Source: an uncultured Pelagibacteraceae bacterium (lineage in GTDB: Bacteria > Pseudomonadota > Alphaproteobacteria > Pelagibacterales > Pelagibacteraceae). From it: DNA of 64,000 nucleotides. A program made the position numbers and the translations under genes. How positions within the stretch are numbered: position 1 is the stretch's first letter; each line of letters begins with the position of its first letter. The stretch is from NCBI GenBank assembly GCA_902610115.1, contig CACLUK010000004.1:515-64514 (forward strand), written 5' to 3'. Shown here one piece after another: positions 52,145-60,046 of this stretch. The notes under the pieces are model-generated. The model was not told the origin of the DNA. It worked only from the letters and a program-made list of their open reading frames with translations, and made no database searches.

Positions 52145-53206
52145 ATGGGATCAGAATCTATAGAAGCAAGTTTTTTATCAATTTTTGCTCTAATAAGTTT
52201 TTTTATCTTCTTAATTATTAGTAAGTATTCCTTTAAAATTAACAAAGGAGCATTACTTGATAATGATTTTACTAAGCCTCAAGCATTTCACAAATATCCC
52301 GTAACTAGAAGTGGTGGCATGGGATCTATAATTTGTCTAATCATATTTTTCTATTTTTATTATTTGCTCTTTGGAAAAATTTTGTACGAATATATCTTAA
52401 TAAGTTTTTCTATGTTTTTGATAGGGTTTTTAGATGATTTAAAAATAAATATAAAACCCTTTAAAAGACTTCTTGCTATGGTTTTTTTGCTATTTATATT
52501 TATATTTTTTTTACCAGTTAAAATATTAAATGTTGATATTCAGTTTTTAAAATTTTTAATGAATAGTCATTTATTTTCTTCAATTTTTGTGCTACTCTGT
52601 TTTTTATTTGTAATAAATGGTGCAAATTTAATTGATGGTTTCAATGGCCTATTATCAATTAACCTTTTGATTGTAAATGTAGTTCTAGCATACATTAATC
52701 TAAATAGCGCTAATCAAGAATTTTCTTTTTTAATAATCGGTCAAATAATTATTTTATTAATTTTTTTGTTTTTTAATTTCCCATACTCTAAAATTTTTTT
52801 AGGAGACAGTGGGGCATATCTCATGGGTTCTTTAGTAGCTTTAAATACAATAATTACTAATAATCTAAATCCAAATATTTCTTCATTTTTCTTTTGTACA
52901 CTTTTATTTTACATATTTTTCGAGGTATTTTTTTCATTTTTTAGAAAGTTAACTCAAAATAAATCACCAATTTATCCTGATGAACAACATTTACATATGT
53001 TGAGTTATTACAAAATTTCATCATACTATGGTAAAGAGAAAGCCAATTTTATTAATTCAATATTTCTAAACCTTATTTATCTAATTCTTATTACTCCAGG
53101 ACTGTATTTTATTGAAAGTCCAAATTTGAGCAGGTATTGGTTTTTTACACTACTGATACTTTATATGATATCTTATTCTAGACTTTATCGTTTAACAAAA
53201 AATTAA
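52145..53206 (+). CDS. WecA/MraY-family polyprenyl-phosphate N-acetylhexosamine-1-phosphate transferase
   Basis: R.GG, GFLDD, NGANLIDGFNG, FLGDSGAY, PD..HLH; polytopic membrane protein. Confidence 0.88.
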   Translation: MGSESIEASFLSIFALISFFIFLIISKYSFKINKGALLDNDFTKPQAFHKYPVTRSGGMGSIICLIIFFYFYYLLFGKILYEYILISFSMFLIGFLDDLKINIKPFKRLLAMVFLLFIFIFFLPVKILNVDIQFLKFLMNSHLFSSIFVLLCFLFVINGANLIDGFNGLLSINLLIVNVVLAYINLNSANQEFSFLIIGQIIILLIFLFFNFPYSKIFLGDSGAYLMGSLVALNTIITNNLNPNISSFFFCTLLFYIFFEVFFSFFRKLTQNKSPIYPDEQHLHMLSYYKISSYYGKEKANFINSIFLNLIYLILITPGLYFIESPNLSRYWFFTLLILYMISYSRLYRLTKN

Positions 53207-53232
53207 ATTGTTATATAAAGCAACGGCAAAAT

Positions 53233-53317
53233 GGGCAAGTGGCGGAATTGGTATACGCGCTGGTCTTAGAAACCAGTGCCGCAAGGCTTAAGAGTTCGAG
53301 TCTCTTCTTGCCCACCA
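53233..53317 (+). tRNA. tRNA-Leu (anticodon TAG)
   Basis: Acceptor stem GGGCAAG/CTTGCCC, anticodon arm CTGGT-CTTAGAA-ACCAG, long variable arm, TTCGA loop, encoded CCA. Confidence 0.96.
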
Positions 53318-53325
53318 ATTTTTTT

Positions 53326-54690
53326 ATGAAAGTAGAAGTTAAATCAAAAAAAGGACTTAAAACAATTTTATCTGTAATAGTTGATAAAAAAAACATACAG
53401 TCCAAAATGGAAGAAAGACTTAATGAGCTTCAAAAAGAGGTAGCTTTGAAAGGTTTCAGACCAGGAAAAGTTCCCCCTGCGGTTATTAAAAGTCAGTTTG
53501 GTAAATCTATTTATGGCGAAGTAGTAGATAAAATATTAAGAGAAACGTCTTCTAAAGCTATAGCCGAAAAAAAATTAAAAATTGCAGGTCAACCAAAAAT
53601 TGATTTAAAACAATTTGGGGAAGGCAAAGATCTTAATTATGAACTTCAAATAGATTGTTTACCAAATGTAAATTTAAAAAGTTTTGATAAATTTAAAGCT
53701 ACTAGTTTTAAAGTAAAAGTTGAAGATAAAATTATTGATGAAAAACTAAAAGAAATTGCAAATCAAAATAAACAATTTGAAGAAAAAAATGAAAAAGCAA
53801 TGAATGGAGATCAAGTTACTTTTGATTATTCAGCTACAATTGATGGAAATAAATTTGATGGAAGTGAGGGAAAAGGTATTCAAATAGAGTTAGGTAAAGA
53901 TCTTTTTTTAAAAGGATTTGATGAAAAATTAATGGGAGCTAAAAAAGATGAAATGAAACAAATATACGCAGTGCTTCCACCCAATCACCCAAAAAAAGAA
54001 CTTGCTAACAAAAAAACAAAATTTGAATGTAAAATCTTAAATGTGAAAAAACCCAAAACTCGTAAAATTGATGACGATTTTGCTAAATTGATGGGGGCAA
54101 AAGATATTAAAGATTTAAAAACTTTAATTGAAAAACAAATTTCAAGTCAATATTCGCAAGCCTTAAACTCGATTACTAAAAAAGAAATTTTAGATCAAAT
54201 AGAAAAAAATCACCAAGTAGATTTACCTCAAAATTTAATAGACCAAGAAATTTTGATCATGACCCAAAATCTTAAAACAGAGGAAAAAGAAAAATATAAA
54301 TCAAAAAATGAAAAGTTGGCAAAATCAAGGATTAAACTTGGCTTATTATTAAATGAATATGGGGAAAAAAATAACCTAAAAGTATCAGACGAAGAGGTTA
54401 AAACTGAGATACAAAAACAAATAAAAGGAATGCCTGGTCAAGAAAAAATGGTTGTTGACTATTACCAAAAAAATCCAAGTGCATCTCAAAGTCTTAAAGG
54501 ATCTTTATATGAAGAAAAAATTTTAAATCTTATCAAATCGAAAATTAATCTTTCATCTCAAGAGGTAAGCACAAAAGAAGCTGAAAAAATAATTGCTAAT
54601 TTTAATAAACCAAATATAGACACTGAGGAATCAAAAACCACATCACCTACAAAAATTAAGCCAAAATCAAAAAAAATTAGTAAAAAGTAA
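53326..54690 (+). CDS. tig: Trigger factor
   Basis: GFRPGKVP ribosome-binding motif, FKBP domain. True start is MKVEV at 53326; the longer ORF runs through the tRNA. Confidence 0.95.
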   Translation: MKVEVKSKKGLKTILSVIVDKKNIQSKMEERLNELQKEVALKGFRPGKVPPAVIKSQFGKSIYGEVVDKILRETSSKAIAEKKLKIAGQPKIDLKQFGEGKDLNYELQIDCLPNVNLKSFDKFKATSFKVKVEDKIIDEKLKEIANQNKQFEEKNEKAMNGDQVTFDYSATIDGNKFDGSEGKGIQIELGKDLFLKGFDEKLMGAKKDEMKQIYAVLPPNHPKKELANKKTKFECKILNVKKPKTRKIDDDFAKLMGAKDIKDLKTLIEKQISSQYSQALNSITKKEILDQIEKNHQVDLPQNLIDQEILIMTQNLKTEEKEKYKSKNEKLAKSRIKLGLLLNEYGEKNNLKVSDEEVKTEIQKQIKGMPGQEKMVVDYYQKNPSASQSLKGSLYEEKILNLIKSKINLSSQEVSTKEAEKIIANFNKPNIDTEESKTTSPTKIKPKSKKISKK

Positions 54691-54712
54691 TCAATAGTTG
54701 TATAAACCAACC

Positions 54713-55324
54713 ATGAGTCGCGAATTAGAAGAAAAAATGAATAGTTTGATACCAATGGTTGTTGAACAAACAAGCAAGGGAGAAAGAGCGTATGATATTT
54801 ATTCAAGACTTTTGAAAGAAAGAATAGTTTTTTTAGTTGGCCCTGTAAATGATGCTGTTGCATCGCTAGTTACAGCACAACTGTTATTTTTAGAGTCAGA
54901 AAATCCTAATAAAGAAATAAACTTTTATATTAATAGCCCTGGAGGTTTAGTGACAGCAGGATTAGGTATTTATGACACAATGCAATATATAAATTCTCCT
55001 GTCTCAACTTTATGCATAGGTCAAGCATCTTCAATGGGTTCCTTTTTGTTAGCTGCAGGAGCAAAAGGTAAAAGATACTCTTTACCTAATTCAAGAATTA
55101 TGGTGCATCAACCATCTGCAGGTTTTCAAGGACAAGCAACGGATATCCAAATACACGCTAAAGAAATTTTATCTCTAAAAGAGAGATTAAACAAAATTTA
55201 CTCAAAACATACAGGAAAAAATATTGACGAAATCTCAGATGCTTTAGAAAGAGATAATTTTATGACCGCAGAAGAGGCAAAAAAATTTGGTTTAATAGAC
55301 TCTGTTGTGGAAAAAAGAAAATAA
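54713..55324 (+). CDS. clpP: ClpP protease
   Basis: DIYSRLL.ER, YINSPGG, ASSMG, MVHQP; start at 54713 or 54737. Confidence 0.97.
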   Translation: MSRELEEKMNSLIPMVVEQTSKGERAYDIYSRLLKERIVFLVGPVNDAVASLVTAQLLFLESENPNKEINFYINSPGGLVTAGLGIYDTMQYINSPVSTLCIGQASSMGSFLLAAGAKGKRYSLPNSRIMVHQPSAGFQGQATDIQIHAKEILSLKERLNKIYSKHTGKNIDEISDALERDNFMTAEEAKKFGLIDSVVEKRK

Positions 55325-55357
55325 ATCACAATATATAGATTTAATTACAACTTCAAC

Positions 55358-55386
55358 TTGATATGAATTCCTAGTGAAATTATATT
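55358..55386 (+). promoter_or_regulatory. Putative sigma70 promoter of clpX
   Basis: TTGATA-N17-TATATT. Confidence 0.55.
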
Positions 55387-55403
55387 AACTATATTGATTC
55401 GCT

Positions 55404-56657
55404 ATGACTGATAAAAATAATAAAAATATACTTTATTGTTCCTTTTGCGGAAAAAGCCAACATGAAGTTAGAAAGCTTATAGCTGGACCAACTGTTTTTA
55501 TATGTGATGAGTGTGTGGAATTATGCATGGACATCATTAAGGAGGAAAACAAAGGTTCATTAATAAAACATCAAGACGGGGTGCCTTCACCAAAAGAGAT
55601 TTGTAAAGTTTTAGATGATTATGTTATAGGTCAAAAACTTGCTAAAGAAATATTATCTGTTGCAGTTCACAATCATTACAAAAGATTAAATCATGAGACT
55701 AAGAGCAATAAAGACATTGAACTATCTAAGTCGAATATATTATTAGTAGGGCCTACTGGATGTGGAAAAACTCTTTTAGCTCAAACTCTAGCAAGAATTT
55801 TAGATGTTCCTTTTACAATGGCTGATGCCACAACTTTGACAGAAGCAGGATATGTTGGTGAAGATGTAGAGAATATAATTTTGAAATTGTTACAGGCTGC
55901 TGATTATAACGTTGAGAAAGCACAAAGAGGCATAGTCTACATTGATGAAGTAGATAAAATAAGTAGAAAATCCGAAAATCCATCAATCACTAGAGACGTT
56001 TCTGGTGAAGGTGTGCAACAAGCATTGCTGAAAATAATGGAGGGAACTGTAGCAAGTGTTCCACCACAAGGAGGAAGAAAACATCCCCAACAAGAATTTT
56101 TACAAGTGGACACAACAAATATTTTGTTTATTTGTGGAGGTGCATTTGCTGGTTTAAACAAATTAATTGAAAGCAGAGGTAAAGGTAGTTCAATAGGATT
56201 TGGAGCAAAAGTTAAAAACTTTAAAGAACAACCTTTATCAGAAATAATGAAATTGTTAGAGCCAGAGGATTTAATTAAATATGGTTTGATACCGGAATTT
56301 ATAGGAAGGATGCCGATAATAGCAACTCTTGATGACCTCGATGAGAAATCTTTAGTTAAAATACTTAAAGAGCCAAAAAATTCTCTAATAAAACAATATC
56401 AAAGACTTTTTGAATTTGAGGAAGTTGAACTTGAGTTTAAAGATGAAGCAATTTCAGAAATAGCAAAAAAAGCAATCGCCAAAAAAACTGGAGCAAGGGG
56501 TTTAAGATCAATTTTAGAAAATATTCTTCTCAAAACAATGTTTGAATTACCGGATATGGAAAATGTAATAAAAGTAACAGTTGATAAGCCAGCAGCTCAA
56601 GGCTCCTCAGAACCCATTGTCACATATGGCAATAAATCAACAACATCTGTGGCTTAA
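55404..56657 (+). CDS. clpX: ClpX ATPase
   Basis: CSFC...CDEC zinc domain, [14 protein letters not shown] loop. Confidence 0.98.
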   Translation: MTDKNNKNILYCSFCGKSQHEVRKLIAGPTVFICDECVELCMDIIKEENKGSLIKHQDGVPSPKEICKVLDDYVIGQKLAKEILSVAVHNHYKRLNHETKSNKDIELSKSNILLVGPTGCGKTLLAQTLARILDVPFTMADATTLTEAGYVGEDVENIILKLLQAADYNVEKAQRGIVYIDEVDKISRKSENPSITRDVSGEGVQQALLKIMEGTVASVPPQGGRKHPQQEFLQVDTTNILFICGGAFAGLNKLIESRGKGSSIGFGAKVKNFKEQPLSEIMKLLEPEDLIKYGLIPEFIGRMPIIATLDDLDEKSLVKILKEPKNSLIKQYQRLFEFEEVELEFKDEAISEIAKKAIAKKTGARGLRSILENILLKTMFELPDMENVIKVTVDKPAAQGSSEPIVTYGNKSTTSVA

Positions 56658-56669
56658 ATAAATTTGTTT

Positions 56670-56698
56670 CTTGAAATTAGTATATTAATTGCCATATA
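56670..56698 (+). promoter_or_regulatory. RpoH (sigma32)-type promoter of lon
   Basis: CTTGAA-N16-CCATATA directly upstream of the lon ATG at 56707. Confidence 0.7.
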
Positions 56699-56706
56699 AA
56701 TTAATA

Positions 56707-59091
56707 ATGAAAACTTCTTATGTTAAACCTCTCCTGCCTTTGAGGGATATAGTTATTTTTCCTTCTATGGTTGTTCCTCTGTTTGTAGGACGAGAAAAAT
56801 CTATCAAAGCTCTTCAAGAAGTTATGAAATCAGATAAGTCAATTGTCTTAATAACTCAAAAAAATTCTGAGGTAGATGATCCAATAGGAAAAGATTTATA
56901 TCAATACGGCTGCTTAAGCAAAATTTTGCAACTGTTAAAATTACCAGACGGCACAGTAAAAGTTTTAGTTGAGGGTGAAAAAAGAGTTAAAATAATAAAG
57001 CATTTTGATAAAAATGAGAATTTTTTAACCTGTGACGTTGAAATTGTTGAAGATCAAAACCATTCTAAAGATAATGATCAATTGGCTCAAGGCCTAGTTA
57101 AAAAATTTGAAAAATTACAAATACTAAATAAAAAAGATATTAATGATGGAACAAATAATTTAAGAAATTTAAAGGACCCATCTCAAATTTCGAATAACAT
57201 TTCTTCAAATCTCAATATACAAATTTTTGAAAAACAAGAATTACTTGAGATTACTGATTTAAAAAAAAGATTAGAAAAAATACACTCTCTTATAGAAAAA
57301 GAAACTAGTGTTCTATCAGTTGAGAAAAAAATTCGAGGAAGGGTTAAAAACCAAATGGAAAAAACCCAAAGAGAATATTATTTAAACGAACAATTAAAAG
57401 CTATTCAAAAAGAGCTTGGCGAAATTGATGAAGGTAAAGATGAACTTACATCTCTAAACAAAGCAATAACTGAGGCTAAAATGCCAAAGCTTGCTAAAGA
57501 GAAGTGTTTGTCAGAATTAAAAAAACTCAAATCTATGAGTCCAATGTCTGCTGAGGCAACAGTTGTAAGGAATTATTTGGATTGGATGACAGAGCTACCT
57601 TGGTCAAATAAAACAAAAATCAACACAGACCTAAATAATGCGCAGAAAATTCTTGATGAAGATCACTACGGTTTAGAAAAAGTTAAAGAGAGAATTATTG
57701 AATTTTTAGCAGTACAAAAAAGAATACAAAAAATGCGTGGTCCAATTTTATGTCTTGTTGGTCCACCAGGGGTTGGCAAAACATCTTTGGGAAAATCTAT
57801 AGCAAAAGCTACCAACAGGAAATTTATAAGAATTTCTTTAGGAGGAATTAGAGATGAAGCAGAAATAAGAGGTCACAGAAGAACTTATATTGGTTCGTTA
57901 CCTGGAAAAATAATTCAGATGATGAAAAAAGCTGGTACAAAAAATCCTTTATTTCTTTTAGACGAGATAGATAAAGTAGGAAATGATTATAGAGGCGATC
58001 CTTCATCAGCATTATTAGAGGCCTTAGATCCTGAACAAAACAAAGAGTTTAACGATCATTACTTAGAAGTTGATTATGATTTGTCCGATGTGATGTTTGT
58101 GACAACAGCAAACACTTTAAATATTCTACCACCACTTTTAGATAGGATGGAAGTAATAAGACTATCTGGGTATACTGAAGATGAAAAAGTTAATATTTCT
58201 CAAAAGTTTTTAATACCTAATCAAAGTAAAAATAACGGATTAAAAAAAGATGAGTGGAATATAAATGAAGAAATAAATAGAAAAATTATAAGAAATTATA
58301 CAAGAGAGTCAGGTGTAAGAAATCTAGAGAGAGAGATTTCTAAAATTGCAAGAAAACTAGTAAAAAAAATTGATAATAATGAGTCTATTAATAATCCTAT
58401 TGATGAGAAAGATTTAAAAGAGTTACTAGGAGTTCAAAAGTTTAATTATGGGGAAATCGAGGAAGAGAATAGAGTTGGAGTAGTAACAGGTTTAGCATGG
58501 ACAGAGGTTGGTGGAGAAATCTTAAAAATTGAAACGGTGATTATGCCTGGGAAAGGAAAAATGCAAATCACTGGAAAGCTAGGCGATGTGATGCAAGAGT
58601 CCGTCAAAGCTGCTAAATCATATATAAGATCAAAAAGTTTAGATTTTGGAATAATACCTCCAATATTTGATAAAAAAGATTTTCACATTCATGTTCCGGA
58701 GGGGGCTACACCTAAAGATGGTCCTTCTGCTGGAATAGGAATGGTAACTTCAATCATTTCAGCTATAACGGATATTCCAGTAAATAAAAACGTAGCTATG
58801 ACAGGTGAAATTACTTTAAGAGGTTTAGTTCTTCCAATTGGAGGGCTTAAAGAAAAATTATTAGCTGCACATAGAGCCGGTATTAAAAAAGTATTAATTC
58901 CTAAAGAAAACAAAAAAGATTTGATTGAAGTTCCAAAAACTATTTTAGAGTCTATGGAAATAATACCGGTCAAGAATATTGAGGAAGTCTTAAAAGTAGC
59001 TCTAATTAAACCATTAAAAAGAGTTGAATGGGTAGAAGTTGATCAAATTTCCAAAAAACAAAAAAATAAAGAAGAACTTAGTACTCATTAA
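56707..59091 (+). CDS. lon: Lon protease
   Basis: LPLRD, GPPGVGKTS, RGHRRTYIG, PKDGPSAG, catalytic Lys in GGLKEK. Confidence 0.98.
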   Translation: MKTSYVKPLLPLRDIVIFPSMVVPLFVGREKSIKALQEVMKSDKSIVLITQKNSEVDDPIGKDLYQYGCLSKILQLLKLPDGTVKVLVEGEKRVKIIKHFDKNENFLTCDVEIVEDQNHSKDNDQLAQGLVKKFEKLQILNKKDINDGTNNLRNLKDPSQISNNISSNLNIQIFEKQELLEITDLKKRLEKIHSLIEKETSVLSVEKKIRGRVKNQMEKTQREYYLNEQLKAIQKELGEIDEGKDELTSLNKAITEAKMPKLAKEKCLSELKKLKSMSPMSAEATVVRNYLDWMTELPWSNKTKINTDLNNAQKILDEDHYGLEKVKERIIEFLAVQKRIQKMRGPILCLVGPPGVGKTSLGKSIAKATNRKFIRISLGGIRDEAEIRGHRRTYIGSLPGKIIQMMKKAGTKNPLFLLDEIDKVGNDYRGDPSSALLEALDPEQNKEFNDHYLEVDYDLSDVMFVTTANTLNILPPLLDRMEVIRLSGYTEDEKVNISQKFLIPNQSKNNGLKKDEWNINEEINRKIIRNYTRESGVRNLEREISKIARKLVKKIDNNESINNPIDEKDLKELLGVQKFNYGEIEEENRVGVVTGLAWTEVGGEILKIETVIMPGKGKMQITGKLGDVMQESVKAAKSYIRSKSLDFGIIPPIFDKKDFHIHVPEGATPKDGPSAGIGMVTSIISAITDIPVNKNVAMTGEITLRGLVLPIGGLKEKLLAAHRAGIKKVLIPKENKKDLIEVPKTILESMEIIPVKNIEEVLKVALIKPLKRVEWVEVDQISKKQKNKEELSTH

Positions 59092-59103
59092 AAATTATTT
59101 CAA

Positions 59104-59994
59104 TTAATCCAACCAAGCTTTATATTTTTCAAGATTTTCTAATACAGTAAATGGCAGCTGATCATAATTTATTTTTTTAAGAGTAGATTTACCAGACCAT
59201 TTATAACCTTTTTGGTCCACATTGTGGTCATACATTACTCTTTTTTCTGAAATAAGTTTTTTTAAATCACTTATTTTTAAACCACTTTCTTCAAATTCGT
59301 AATGATGAGCAAAATTAAGAAGTTTTTTTTCTAGTTCTTCGGGTGTTCGTAAACAAGTAAAATGCCAGCCACCATTTTTTACAAAATATAAGTTTGAGTA
59401 CTTTTTTTTTGAGAAGAGTACATCAATTCTCCATTTAGAATATTTTTTCCCCTTAATATTTCTCAGCCATTGTGGAGAAATAAAATTTTTATTTTTTACT
59501 GCTTTAGTTCCATGCCAAGTATAATCACTATAAAGTAAATTTAATTTGTAGTAGAACATTTTTTGCTCAAAAATTAAGATATTATTATTAATTTTTGCAA
59601 AATTTACATTAGACAAGTTTGGAATTTCATCTAAATCACTTATTAAAACTAAATCATCTTCGCTTAGATTTTCTAATCCTCTTTTTAAATTTTCCCTTTG
59701 AAAGTAGTCTCTCGCCATTCCATTAAGTATCAATTTTTCACCTCTTTTACCCTTCGTATCTGTCTCACATAATTCTAAAATGTTATCAGGTTTTTTATCA
59801 ACAACTATATAAATTATTTTATCTTTAAATTTACTGAATTTTTTAATGTCAAACCTTAGGTTCTTTTTGCTACCGTTATGGGTGTATGTTGCCTCAGTTA
59901 TGACAAATTTTTTTACAAACTTATTTAACGTATTTAACCTTAAATCTAAAAGTAAATCTTCGTCGAAATACATAAAGCAGTCATAAATATTCAT
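59104..59994 (-). CDS. Glycosyltransferase family 17 (GnT-III/MGAT3-like beta-1,4-GlcNAc transferase fold)
   Basis: IYDCF.YF.E..LL.LRL..L...V..FVI.E...TH.G..K, FQR, DxD motif SDLDEIP, GGWHF; start at MNIYD (59994). Confidence 0.82.
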   Translation of the reverse strand: MNIYDCFMYFDEDLLLDLRLNTLNKFVKKFVITEATYTHNGSKKNLRFDIKKFSKFKDKIIYIVVDKKPDNILELCETDTKGKRGEKLILNGMARDYFQRENLKRGLENLSEDDLVLISDLDEIPNLSNVNFAKINNNILIFEQKMFYYKLNLLYSDYTWHGTKAVKNKNFISPQWLRNIKGKKYSKWRIDVLFSKKKYSNLYFVKNGGWHFTCLRTPEELEKKLLNFAHHYEFEESGLKISDLKKLISEKRVMYDHNVDQKGYKWSGKSTLKKINYDQLPFTVLENLEKYKAWLD

Positions 59995-60046
59995 GATATT
60001 TGAGTTATAATAAAATATAATATATGTAAATGCATATTTAAATCTT

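Noticed and set aside
53239-53325. 29-aa N-terminal extension of trigger factor in the ORF track
   Set aside because: It is a read-through of the tRNA-Leu gene; the real start is the ATG at 53326.
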